DNA from: Lama guanicoe
Taxonomy: Eukaryota
NCBI GenBank assembly: GCA_013239625.1
Contig: MU053652.1
Coordinates: 4,825,902-4,889,901 of the forward strand
Length of the DNA: 64,000 nucleotides
Direction of reading: 5' to 3'
Numbering within the stretch: position 1 is the stretch's first letter; each line of letters starts with the position of its first letter. The position numbers and the translations under genes are program-made. Under the pieces are notes generated by a model, which was not told the DNA's origin, searched no databases, and saw nothing but the letters and a program-made list of their open reading frames with translations. Positions 50,651-63,080 of this stretch are shown here, one piece after another.

Positions 50651-53064
50651 TCCTTCCCTATTAAGATTGTATTTAATCCTGAATTCTAAAGCCACCTTGG
50701 GGAGTTACGCATTTTCCCCTGGGTCTCTCCCACATATACACGAGTTGTATATATTCATAAACTTCTGTTTGTTTCTCTCTTGTTAATCTGTCTTTGATTA
50801 CAAGAGTCTCAGCTCAGAATGCAGAAGGGTAGACGGAAGGTCATTTTTCCCCTCGTACACTGCCATCTTCAGGTGGCCTCTCCCTGTGTCTCTGTCCCAA
50901 ATCTCCCCCTCCTTTCTCCTATCAGGACACCAGGCATTGCATTTAGGGCCCACCCTAAATCCGGGATGAGCTCATCCTGACTGAGATCCCTCCTTAACTC
51001 AAGTACAAACTTAATCACATCCACAAGGACTCTATTTCCAAGTAAGGTCATGTTCCCAGGTTTGGTGGTGGCGGGGTGGGGGAGGGGGTAGGGCTTGGCC
51101 ATATCCTCTGGGGGACGCTATTCCATTCGTTACAGCCAGGCCCCCGTGGAGCTGTTTCTCCGTTCTCTCCCCTAGCTGCAGTGTGACAAGGTCAGAGGGC
51201 ACAAGGCTGCTCCATGAAGCAGTTTGTCTGAGAGCTGCTTCTCTGCTGGGCTGTTCCATTACCTCCTAGTCCTGGTGCAAGTGAGAAGTCTGGCAGGCAT
51301 CTGAGCCCCAAGTGCAGAGGAAAGGCTTACAGCAAGCCCCTTTCCTCCTCCCTGCTGGCAGGAAATCCAGAAAAAATGAAGACATGGGAAGAAAGGGGAT
51401 TGAATTAAAGAGACCCAAGCCTTACAGAATGTGTGGCCACCCGGGGGAGAAGGAAGGAACAGAGAAAGGGGCAAGTGGGGAGACCTCCAGGCATAAACCC
51501 ACAGAGATGCTGCAGCCCTGGACCTGCCCCTACTGGGCAAGGAGGGGTGGTGTGGGAATGACCCCTGGGGACCCCTGGACGGCTCCTGGTAAAACTCAGG
51601 TGCTTGTCTTCCCCTCTCCTGCCCCCATACTGGACTCTTCCAACTGAGGTATCTTCCCTGGAGAGCCAGGCCCTCACTCTAGCATTGTGCCCATTTTGCG
51701 TGGTTCCCCTCGGCGATCGCGCACCCCAGGAGCTCATTCTGCTTTCAAAATATATCTGGCACATGGCTCATTCCCTTAGGCTTTCTTTTCTCAGCTTTTC
51801 AGGTGATAGGGAGCTAATCCTATAAACAAATTCAAACTAACTTGGGAGTTAATGAGGGAAACTGTTAATGACTGCTAACAACAAAATGGTGGGGAAGGGG
51901 GCATTTTAAATTTTGCATTTTAGTGGAGAAGAGGCAGAGAAAAGAATCAAGAAATCCCTAATGGTGGCTCGTCGTCCTGCTATAGGTGGTGAAGCATATT
52001 TTATTGACAAGGGGCTTTGTCAGCTCTCTGGACACAGTCCCCCCATGAGTTAACCATCCGTGCATGGCTGCTGGGGGGGGTCACTTCCCCCAAGCAACCA
52101 GCAACCAGAGCGGCTCCCCTGCCCTGCGTGTCTGCTTTGTGGACCCTCCCACCCCAGAACAGGTCTTGTTGGACCAGCACCATGTTTCATAAACATGCCT
52201 CAGGATCTAGTTAATATGATTTCCTCCTATCTTAAAGATGAAGCAGCTGAGAAACATGCCAGGGCACGTAGCAAAACTGCTTTGATTTGAGCCCAGGTGT
52301 TCTGGCTCCAGAGTCCCCGCCTCTTCCTCTTTTTTAGGGCATTGTTTATTTACCTCCTGTCAACATCAGTCCCTCTCCGCCCCAAAGCCAACCATTCTAA
52401 AGCGCTGGATTTGTAAAAGCGCTTGCAAAATGGTTTTATTTGTGTGTGTGTGCCTGCCTGTATTTTTCATCTTATTTGAGTGCTTCAGAATTATGGATCT
52501 CATTCTCTTTCTCGCTTTTTTCTACACGGCACTGCTTTTAAGATTCTTGCAAGTTTATGTGAACAGTGATTTCCTTGCTCTCTCGGAGGGCCTGGGATTT
52601 GCTTCCAGTGCATTTTGCCCATCCAGCCTCTCAGGGATGGGCGCTCCATCTCCCACCACAAGGAATATTGCCACAGACATCCTTGTCCCATCCCCTCGTG
52701 AGACTGTCTGTGAGGATTTCTGATGGGGGACATGCCAGGAGCAGAAATGCTGGAGCCTGCGTTGCCTCAGGACTGCCGTTCCACTCGCCGGAATGGCCAC
52801 TTTGGTCTACACCCCATCTCCACTGCTGTATGGAATTCTTTCCCACTATATCATACAGGTTTTCTGGCCATGAAATAGTGCGTGGTATCAGGTAAGATTG
52901 TTGAGGCTGAAGCTGAATATAAATTTTGAAGAACCAAACGAGTGAGAAGGGAAGCACTACAAAGATTCGCTACATAGAAATAATAATCATAGTCACTGAT
53001 ACACTGTTACATTTCAGCCAAATTACCAGACTGGCTAAATTACCAATATTTCCCAATATGTGTC

Positions 53065-53550
53065 AGTGTGGATGCCTTCCGTTTGCAGGTCCAGATCCAG
53101 TTCCCATCCTTCTCCACCCTGCTCTTTGCTCTGAGGCTGATCTGTCTGGGCAGTACCAAAAGCCTCCCTTGGTCTCTGGCTTCTGGTTGGCGGTGGCCAG
53201 TAGCAGTTGCTGGCAGGAGACTGGAGAGTTGGGGGAGAGAGAAGCAGGGTTTTCTGCTGGCTCCTATCTCTCATCAAAACTTGTCTCATTCCCTTAGGTT
53301 TTCCTTCTTTTTTCAGCTTTTCAGGTGATAGCCAGTCGCCTGTCTGATGGCCTTTTCTTTATCCAGCAACCATCTCAGGGTTCCGTTAACTGCCTTGCCC
53401 CTTGCCCTCGAGGCCTAGGGGTAGTAACAGCTCCTCTTTCTTGCCAGCCCTGGGGTCCTGCACCATCTCTTGTTGATTTCCCTAAACTCCGCCCATATGC
53501 CTTTGTGCATATACCTTTACTGAACGAACTCTGTCACCTATTTCCCTCCA
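53065..53550 (-). mobile_element. LTR33-like ERVL LTR
   Basis: ccagatcca...ttctccaccctgctct...gcctcccttggtctctggcttctggttgg...ggcctaggggtagtaacagct. Confidence 0.65.
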
Positions 53551-55471
53551 TGATCCATAAAATGTTGGATTAGACTCGATATTGAAGGACCGTTTCAGCA
53601 CTCTGGTCTTGTCTTTTTTTGTTGTTTTTTTTTTCTGTTTTGGTCTTGTCTTTTTTTTTCCCCCCCAGCACTCTACATTTGAGGACAGCTACCAGGTCCT
53701 CTCGTACGCCTGTCTCAATGCCCCTGTTAGAGACACGGCCTGGGCTGGGGCCTGGGCTCTAAGACACACTCATCTTCACCCCTTCAGCTGTCTCACTTGC
53801 CCCTCTCCCCAGTAGAGGCCTTAGGTCGATGCCCTACACCCACCCAACTCATCCTTTGTGATTCTTCGGCTCCCTGGGTTACCTTGTCATAGCTTCCACC
53901 ACCCACCCCACACCGCACCCCTGCCTGTGTCATGACTGTCACAAGATTGTGATCTCTCCAAACCAGGTATGGGTCTCAGGTTCTCAGATTCTTAGCACAG
54001 GGCCTGGGCCGTGGCAGACCCTTAGTGTCTGTGGAGTGCTTGCTGGCCCTGCAGTGGTTTCTCTAAGCACTGGGGTCCTTTCTAGCCCAATGGAAACAAT
54101 GGTCAGCATCTGTCTGGTCCTTCCACTACCCTGTCCTGGACCCGTGGCTTGTCCCATTTCGGGAAGGAGTCCATGACAGAAGCTGGAAGATGTTGCTGGG
54201 AGATCACGGGGAAAGGAGGGGCGGAGGGTTGGCACTTTAATTGCATAATTATTTCCTCAGTGCTGATGTGCTGGGGAAGACGAGGCCTGCTGCCTGCAGG
54301 ATGGATGGTGTAGGGACGGGTGAGTTATATTTTCCCAGATAAAAGCATCGATTGCCTATAAACTCTGATTCTGCTTGATGTAAAAGCCACTTTATTGCAC
54401 ATCCAGAAATTACTACTCGTATANNNNNNNNNNNNNNNNNNNNNNNNNNNNNNNNNNNNNNNNNNNNNNNNNNNNNNNNNNNNNNNNNNNNNNNNNNNNN
54501 NNNNNNNNNNNNNNNNNNNNNNNNNNNNNNNNNNNNNNNNNNNNNNNNNNNNNNNNNNNNNNNNNNNNNNNNNNNATTCTCCCTGAGATCAGAGCAAGGC
54601 CTGGGCATAAATAACAGCCATCACTTCGTGGCAGGCAAGGTTGTGGGGCACCCAAAATGCCATTAAACAACATCAGGCTCATGTGATGCTACAGTTTGGA
54701 GTGTGGCAGGTGCAATTTCATACTCATTTGAAGCCCTTCAGCAGGCAGGAAATGGGGAGGGGCTCTATCCTTCCCACCTGGCCAGAGGGAGCATGTGGTA
54801 TAGTCACATCTCTTTGGCCCCCTGCCTGCTGGAATGCAGCCAAGGAAAACTGGCTGATCCATGTGGCTTATGGGTCTGTCCTCTCCTTGTTCCCTCATTG
54901 TATGGGGAACCCATCTCCCCAGAAAGCTTCCCCTTCAGAACTTTGGCTTTTCCACATTGAATCCCTTGGCTGGGGTTCCATCCCAGGTGGATGGCCCACA
55001 GGAGTGCTTACTTGGGAGATGACTGCCCTCCCCAGCAGAAACTCTTGGCTGCCCAGTCAGGCTACCTCCTCTCTGCAAAGGGCAAGACCACTGACCCTCC
55101 AGAGACTTCCTTACTTGCCAAGGGCAGAGGAGGTCACTTCCCAGTCCTTGGAGTTTTGATGATGGGTGCTGTGAGTGCAGTACCAAGGCAAATCCGGACA
55201 GCTTCTCCCATACCCCACCCCAGGGGACCGTTTGCAGCCATTCACTTCCCTCCTGGCCTGGACCTGAGGCCTCCTTTCTAGCTCCTGATTTCCTGGTCTG
55301 CACTGGACCAACGAGGAGTGCCTCTGCCTGCCGCCATCCAAAAGCTACTGGACAGCGTCTTCCCGATGGTCAGGCTAGTCGAGCACCTTGGTGCTTCCGG
55401 GTGCCCCTCCTCCACTGGCAGGTCTGTCGTATATGTCAGCGGTGAATGAATAAATGAATGAATGTTTGGAT

Positions 55472-55628
55472 CAGAGGTTCTCAAACTTTGGCGTGCACCA
55501 TAATCACCTGCTGGGTTCCACAGTTTCTGTTTCAGTTGATCTGAGATGAGGCCTGAGCGCTGGCATTTTTAGCAAGTTCTGGAATGACGCTGGTGCTGCT
55601 GACCCGGGACCATATTTTTAGAACCGCA
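55472..55628. mobile_element. MER5A DNA transposon
   Basis: cagaggttctcaaactttggcgtgcaccataatcacctg...tgctgctgacccgggaccata...tagaaccgc. Confidence 0.8.
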
Positions 55629-55859
55629 CAAATCAGATGTGTCTCTGTCACCCTGGTGGATGGGAGGGATTATTGAGAGTTAGGAGAGGGAGATGGAGAG
55701 TAATTGGGTGCCTGCCTCACAGTTGCTGGGACAGAGGTGGAGAATATGGGGGGAGAGGGGAGAGGAAGAACAACGAAGTACAGGAAGTGCACACAGACCT
55801 CGGGGGAGAGGGTCTAGTAGAGGAATCAGGAGACGATGAGCTTCTCTGGGGCTGGGGTC

Positions 55860-56800
55860 CAGGGCGCCCCGGCCGCCCCAGGAAATGTCAGCTTCCAGCA
55901 CCAGAGGCTGCTATCTGCAAGCGGCCCCGGGGCAGGAGCAGCCGAGGGGCTCCGCCTCCAGCACCGCGCCAGGGTTGGGCGGGTCCGGCCCCACTTCGCG
56001 GGCCAGACATCCCGGACACACTCGGCGGGGAGGACCGAGGGCGCGGACGCCCGCCCTCCCAGACCTGCTACTCTCCCCGACGGCTGCCCGACTCGAGGTG
56101 GGGCCCGAGGCGTCCAGGCCTGACCAGTGCGACACTGCTCCCCCGGAGCCCTGGGCGCTTCTGCGCAGCTCCGCCCGGCGCGCGCGAACACCTGCGAGCG
56201 ATCGTCCCAGTGCGCGCCACCCTGTGAATGACACAGTGCTCTCTCGTTAGTGTGCGCGGGCCCAGGTGACCCCCATCTGCGGATGCCGGTGGTCGAGGCG
56301 CCCGGACCCGGGACGGAACGCGGGAGATGGGAGAGACGGCGGCCAGAGGGGAGGAGGCGGCAGGCCTTGCGCGCAGAGGCGGGGAGCCAGACGCCGGGTC
56401 CCAACCCCAACCCTGCAGCTAACTAGTTCTGCGACCCTGGTCGAATCGCTTCCTCTCCTCGGTTCTCAGTTTCTTCATCTGTAAAATGGTGAGATGAGGA
56501 TTTCCGATTGTGAGGCTCCACGGAATTGCGATATGGAAGGCACAGAAAAGCTCCCGCATAAACCAGGACAGTGATTCCCTACCTTTTGCTCGCAAGCCAG
56601 CAGCGATTATCCTCGAAGAACCGCCACTCATGGCCTCCCTCTGGAGGCATCTCACGAAAACAAGACAAGGACTACCAGCACCCTGGAGGCTGCCCGCCTC
56701 CAGGTCTTGACTCCCGGCCGCCTCGCCTTAGCCTCTAGGGGGCGCTGTCTCCAGCGCCTGGGCGTGGTCGCTGGGGTTGGAGTCTCACCTGTCTGCGACC
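55860..56800. promoter_or_regulatory. CpG island / probable promoter
   Basis: Very dense CpG at 55860-56410; GC boxes; candidate donor CAG|GTGACC at 56265/56266; MIR at about 56415-56540. Confidence 0.7.
56732..56745 (+). promoter_or_regulatory. CTCF core motif
   Basis: CCTCTAGGGGGCGC closely matches the CTCF consensus CCASYAGRKGGCRS. Confidence 0.65.
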
Positions 56801-57739
56801 TTGGACCACAGCAAGGTGGCTGTGGGACGCAAACATATGATGTGTTTGGCACAGAGCCTGGCCCACGGGGAGTGGAGTGGTTCATATATATGGCCATTTG
56901 GATAATGGGATCCTGACCAGCCCTCAGCTTTGCCAGGCCCTGCCCTGCCCTCTCAGCACAGTGGACCTGGATCCAGAATTTTTCAAAAAGAACTAGGGAA
57001 TCATCTACCTGGAGCAATGCAGAGCTTAAGGATTTCCCTTTTTTCCAACAAGTAAAGGCTGGCCACAGGTTCCCAGGCCAACTTGTTCAGACTAAGTCCT
57101 GCTGGGGCCTGGTGAGAAGGGAAGGGGCTCCGACCTGGTTTGCCATCCTCCCTCTGGCCTGGTCCCATACAGTACCCTCTGTCTGGGCTGAGCTGCCCTT
57201 TAGTCATTCATTCATTCATCCATTCATTTATAAATCATTTACCAAATATCTGCTACTGATAGACACTGTGCTGGGGAATGGGAGACAGATGAGTAACACA
57301 TGGCCTATCTAGATTCTAGAGGGTTTCTATGACACAAGGCCAAAAGTTCTTACTTGATAGAGCTACACACTAGTGCTTGGCCAGTGCTGCGCACATGGAT
57401 TGCTGGCTGTCACTGATCTCATGATCATATTGAGACCATATAGTCTAAAGAGAGCATACACTCTAGAGAGTAGCCCTGCCAGCACTCTCCACATTGTCCC
57501 TGGCACCCTAGGGTGGAGGAATTCTCCCCCAGGTCAGGCTGTCCTGCAGAGCCACTCCAGGGTGTGGCCCCTTCACTCGGATTTCTGGCTCTAGGCAGCA
57601 GGAATCATGTTCTCTCCTGGTCTCCAAACTCAGACTTTGGTCACCTCACTGGTGCCCTCTGTGGGGGCCTGGTGGCTTCTCTACCTACCTCCTCCTGGGA
57701 GGCTCTGAAAAGGGGGTTAGCAAGGGCTTGCTCCCCACA

Positions 57740-57862
57740 GATCCTACTGCCTGGGAGCTTGCTAGAAATGCAGACACTTGACCTTGTCCCAGACCTACTG
57801 GATCAGAACCTGCATTTTAATAAGGTCTCCAGATGATTCACAAGCATGTTTGAGACATGCTG
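57740..57862. mobile_element. MER5A1-like DNA transposon
   Basis: cctgggagcttgctagaaatgcaga...agacctactggatcagaacctgcattttaataag. Confidence 0.75.
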
Positions 57863-60783
57863 TTCTGGGCCTGCTGACCTGGAAGTCCTACCCACCCACC
57901 CCCATCCCCGCCCCCACCCCGGGGAAAATGGAAGGTTGGTCTTCAGGTGATGCCCACAGGTCAGGGAGTGGATACTGCCAGACTTGGGGCCTCACCTCTT
58001 CCTGCCACTGGAGAGCTCCCCATCTCTGCCTTGAGGGCCCTGTCCCTCCCCAAGATAAGCCCGTCTTTCTGTAGCTGACCAAGTATCTGCAGATGACCCC
58101 CACCTGGCAGGACAGGGGCCTTGATGGAGTCAGCTGCGGGTCTTTAGTGCTCGATACAAAGTAGGTGCTTAACTCAATGTTTATTAAACAGCAACACATT
58201 CTTTGCAGTTGGAACGCAGTACAGGAACAGGGTAAGAACTGACTATGTTTAGCACCACTGACTTGAGAGGGAGCCTCCAGGCCTGTTTGAATGGAAGCTG
58301 ATGCCTACTGTCAAGGTTGCTATGGAAGTGACCCCCGCTTTGATGGGGTCAGAGGATTCCTGAACCCCCTTCCTGTAAAACACCAAGACAAAGATGGCAA
58401 ATATATGGGACACACATGACCATCCCCCCTTCCTACATTCTTGGTAGACATCAATAATTGATTGCAGTTGACTTTCTGGCATGACCTCAGAATCCTTTTC
58501 TACACAGCACCCCAGGGAGCCAACATCAATTGATCAGACACAGCACTATTTGAGATCTTTGCCTCAGGTCTCCCTTGGAAGCTGCCCTCTACAGACCAGG
58601 CCAGAGGGACAAGGAAAGCCAGGCCAGTTCCTAGTGACGCCCACTGCTCCCACCTCTTAATCAATTGCCCAGAGTGGTGGCTGTGTAACTGCCCTCCCCA
58701 GATGTTCACAGTTGGAGGGGTGAAATCCAGCCCCAGACCTGTTTTGCCCAAATAGGTCCCCTTCCCTAAGGGACAAGATCTCATCAATGATCACCATGGT
58801 GGGACTCTGTGCGGCTTTTCGTACCCTGTATAACTTTGAATCAGGTGCTGACTTTTCGTGGACTCTGTCACCTGTCAAATGGGAATACCCTCTACAATCA
58901 TGCACTGTGGTGTCCCAGTGTGCCCCTCTGACCTCAGGATTTCGGTGGACTGGAGGGGGGTCTAGTAAGCGCCCGTGCGTGGGTGTTAACATTTCCTGTT
59001 TGGCGTGGTGTTCCCTCCGCATAGCCCTGCTCTGGCTTTGCTCCCTGGGAGGAGCCCGAGACCCCAGCCCTCCCCTCTCACAGCCAGGGAGGCCTGTGCC
59101 CAGTCCTGGAGGCAGGCCCTGCTGGGGCCAACACACACATGTAATTCCCATGGCAGCTCTGAGGCGGGAGCGTGGCTTTGATGCTGCTGCATCTCAGGCT
59201 CAGGGAGGCCTCGTAACCTCCAGCGCTGGGCTCCCTGCTGGCGGTGGGAGAGCACCGCTCGACATGTCAGAGCTGTGGCACCCTGCGCTCCCAGCACTGC
59301 CCCTGCTCCCCAACCTGCTCACCCACATCAGCGGGGAGGAGTCATTTTCTGTGGCAGGTTATCAGGTCTGCTGATCAGACTGGCAGCTGAGACACCTACA
59401 CACAGCCAACCTCTGCCACCATCTTTTCCTTCTGCCAGCTAAGCCAAGATCTTAGGTGTGAGGGAAGGTGTTCATGTGTAGGTTTTGGCTGGGTGTGGTG
59501 TCCCCCAGACCCAGCTGAGTAGGCACGTGCCTGCACTGATCCACAAGGTCAGGGACCCAGTGCTATCTGCTGCTGTACCTTCAGCACATCTTAAGTGCAC
59601 AGTACAGCTGGGGTGTCTGACTTGGCTGCGGGCCTAGTCTCAAGCCATCAGAATTGGGAGGGAGCCTGCACCTGCCCCCACCCTGGGTGTACATGACTCC
59701 CTCCCCCACCACTCTGCAAACTGTAGACAACCAGGGACTCAGCCCAGTGACCTCAGCTCCCTGCCTCTTCCCTAATGCCTCTGGCCTGAACCCCATGATG
59801 CTCTCACAAACAGGAGGAGGACTCTGTGTGCCTGGGTTTTGTAGCATCATCACTAATTCCTTTCACCCACACAGTTCTGGGCTGGTTACCTAGGCGCAGA
59901 CAGGCTGCTGGCGCTGTGTCTCCCCTGCCCTGTAACAGCGGCCACTACTGAACGCTGGGCCGGTGCCGGGCCCCACACGAAAGGCTGGACAAATTGCACT
60001 GAATTCTGATATCAACTTTAAATGCACAAACTTTTATGTTTTTATCTTTAGTTTACAGACGAGGAAGCAGCATCAGAGAGGTTAATTAGCTTGCTGAACG
60101 TAAGGCTCAGCAAGAAGTTCTTTGGAATCCAAACCCTGAACCACCTGCTGCAGGATAGGCTGGAGAGAGGTCAGCCTGAGGCGCTGGTGCAGGCAGGGCA
60201 GGTGCCTGCAGTGGGCGGGCAGGAGGCTGGGAGGCTGCTGTGCAACCCGTCATTTCCTCCATGGAGGAGCCGGAGGCCGAGACCCTCCCATCTGCAGGCG
60301 AGCTGTGCGTGCAAATACATCCCAGAGCCCACAAGGTACTGCTTAGATTCGCCACGGCTCTGGCCTCTCCTTTCATGGGCTCCATCCCTGGCCACATTGA
60401 GCTGGCCTGAACCAGCACTCAGGTGGATGCAGGGGAGTGCCTGAGACCTGTCTGAGAGTAGAGGGGGAGGTGGCTTCCTAGGCCTGGGCACCCAGATGAC
60501 TTGTATGGACTGAGGCTGCCTGCTCACTGAATTGCCTCAATGTCACCTGCTCCCATGGCACAGCAGCTGGGCCCAGGGCCTAGAATAATGACTCCATCGA
60601 GCTGGGGTGATGAATCTGTGCTGCCAGGCTGAGAGCCGACAAAGCCCTCATGCAGCAAGGACAGGGACCATTGCCTTTTACTGGCCTTGTCCAAGGTCCT
60701 GAGGCAGCCGCGGCGAGGCCCTGATCCTGCCCAGTGTCAACTCTAGCCGCAGGATTGGTGCTCTGGCCAAGTTCCCAGGAAAC

Positions 60784-60786
60784 TGT

Positions 60787-60841
<55 letters not shown>
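60784..60841. repeat. (TG)n followed by a 41-nt poly(G)
   Basis: Seen directly; G run 60801-60841. Confidence 0.9.
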
Positions 60842-60842
<1 letters not shown>

Positions 60843-61149
60843 TGTCTTTTAAAGACCCTGGCCCCAAGAGTATCCAAAACTATGATGACAGAGGTAAAAG
60901 CTGTCATTACCTTTTTTGAGGTTTCTCTGACCATAACTCCACCTAATTCCCAGGAAAACTTTCTCTCCTTTGAGCTCCCATTCTGCCTTATTAACTTAAT
61001 AATGTAATAAACATCTATGGGCATCCCCCCGACCAAGACCGAGACCTAGAACATCCTAGTAACCTACGTCTCCCTGCCATCCTGCCTTACCCCGCCTCCA
61101 GGAGGTGACCACTGCGTTCATCATCCCTTTGTTTTGGTTTGATATGTGT

Positions 61150-61266
61150 CCCAGTTGATATGTCCCAGTTTCCTTGAAAAAGTGCCAGTTTGTTTGTGGT
61201 CCAAATGTAAGGATTTAAGTGTCCCTTTAGAGTCTCAAAAACATCCCATAAATTGCATGATCATTC
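61150..61266. mobile_element. MER94/MER81-like hAT-Blackjack MITE within an old antisense L1 (about 60880-61540)
   Basis: atatgtcccagtttcc...ccagttt...ccctttagagtctcaaaacatccc...ataaattgcatgatca. Confidence 0.5.
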
Positions 61267-61904
61267 AACATACACACACGAAAGCAATGTATTACCTGAT
61301 TTTGATTTAGAATATTGGCATCTTAAGGTATGAAGTTCTCTGAGATGTGCTTCATTGTTCCCAAAATTGATCTGTGTTGTTCTGTGTTACAATTCATTCC
61401 TTTTCACTGCTGAATAATACTTGGTCATGTGGTGTCTGTTGTGCTGTTACTTCACGCAGGAACAGAACCGCAGTGGCCACTCTGGCATGGGGATTCTTGT
61501 GTGTGCAAGCAGGAGCCAGGAGGGAACTGCTGGATCACAGGCACTCAGTAGATGCTGAGAAAACAGCTCAGAGACATTGCTGCTGGCATGAGCGGTGGCG
61601 CTGCACAAACTATGGGCGTTGTAAGCACGCTGAGGTTGGAAGTGCTCTGGGCCTGTGGCAGAAGGGGTCAGTCTGGCCTCCCTCAACTGAGCCAGGTCCC
61701 CAGCTCGACGCCCGGCTCCCTGAGGGCCAGGCCCACTGAGCCGGACACCCACCAAGGTGAAAGCCATGAGGTAGAGAAAAATCACAGGCCTGGGCCAGGG
61801 GACCTGTTTTCTATTTCTGGCCCTGCCATTAATAAACTGGCTGACCTTGGACAAGTTACTTTGTCTCCTTCCTCATCTTGTAAAATGAGTTTGGACAGTG
61901 ATAG

Positions 61905-62395
61905 CTAATTCTTGAACTTACGAACTCATCAGAATCACCTAGGAAGCTTATCAAAAAAGTGCAGATTCCCAGGCCTGGCCCAGCCCAGGCATCGAGGTCT
62001 GGAGTGGGAAGTGATACATGCATACTGACTTGGCTGTGAATTAAAAAAACAGAATCAGAAATACTCGCCTTTGGTGAAAATATACTACGCGGGGAATGAT
62101 TAAGAAGATACACTCCCCACCCCTAGTTGTGCTCCCTACACGCAGCCACTTTAAATCATGTTTTAGATCTCTGGGTGGTTACCATCTCATTGCTAAACAG
62201 TAGGTCAGTTCTTGTTTTAACAACTTCAAACATTACCCATTGTCTTCCTGCAATGCTAGGTGAGGGTTTAGCTCACTCACCCACCTCCCTTCCCAATACA
62301 GTCCTGGCATTATTTTTGGAAGCTGCATTTTAATCAGCACCCCAGGTGGTTGTGAGGTAGCTGGTCTGCCAGCCACACTTACAGAAGCACCAGCC
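61905..62395. mobile_element. MER5-type element split by an insert of about 300 bp
   Basis: Left catcagaatcacctaggaagctt...gcagattcccaggcc...ggtctggagtggg; right ctgcattttaatcagcaccccaggtg...ccacactt. Confidence 0.6.
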
Positions 62396-62689
62396 TAATG
62401 AGACTTCTTGGTAGAGACGAGTCCCCTCCGACCATCTCTTATACTCTTGGTTTTTCTGCTTGGTTTCTAGAACTTGCTAACAGCCCCTTTCCCCACTGCG
62501 AGAGCTCTGACAGGCTGGGCAGGGGAGCCGTGCTGGCAGCCACACTGTGCGGGGCTTGTGGTGGGTGGACCTGCCCCGCCATCTTGCTACCCCTTCTCGT
62601 TACATGTCACCTCCTGTCCCCAAGTTGTGTAATCAGGATGAGCAGATTTCTCCTTTAGGGACTGGCATAGCTCTGGCTCGAGCAGATTG

Positions 62690-63080
62690 TTGAGCATCTG
62701 ACTTCTTTACAACAACCAGAGTGGAACCTTCAGACAATGGAACACAGAGAAACGAGCACACACACTCTGAAGCTGGCAGAACCAGGATGAGGCTCACAGA
62801 TAGGCTAAGCGAGAGAAGGCAGGCACACAGGGATGCATATTGCCCGACTCCACTTATGTAAAACTTAAAACCAGGCAAAAACAAAACCAAAACCTGCAAC
62901 ACTGGGCCAAAAGAGAGCAGTTCCCTTTGGGGGTGACAGTGACTGAGGGGAGAACTTATGAGGGGCTGGTGATGTTCTAAGCTTTGACTTCTGTGCTTAC
63001 GTGGCTACAAGCTACACCCCTGTAATTTGTGCACTTTTCTAAATGTATCTTTTCTCACAAGTGTTACCAATAAAAAAAGA
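62690..63080 (+). mobile_element. L1ME-like 3' end
   Basis: gactccacttatgtaaaactt aaaaccaggcaaaa...ggggctggtgatgttcta...tttgtgcacttttct...caataaaaaaa. Confidence 0.65.

Larger units (their letters stand above)
50055..50859 (+). mobile_element. ERV1 solo LTR (MER34/MER39-like) carrying two SINEs
   Basis: aaatatgccactctgttgcattgattatttt 5' block shared with the LTR at 36409; ends cctcgtaca. Confidence 0.75.
49900..51135 (-). mobile_element. MLT1B/C-like LTR split by an ERV1 LTR
   Basis: Left half gctctaggcgagaattccttgcctcttctag...ttccttggcttgtg...ctccaatctc; right half ccatcttcaggtggcctctccctgtgtc...tttagggcccaccctaa...aatcacatc. Confidence 0.75.

Noticed and set aside
55637-56410. Overlapping 100-200 aa ORFs on both strands in CpG islands (also 112-549, 22886-23544, 49366-50004)
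   Set aside because: Expected from stop-codon scarcity in GC-rich DNA; Pro/Arg/Gly-rich with no family resemblance.
60580-61036. Poly-Pro / poly-Gly ORFs
   Set aside because: Translation artefacts of the poly(G) and (TG)n tract.
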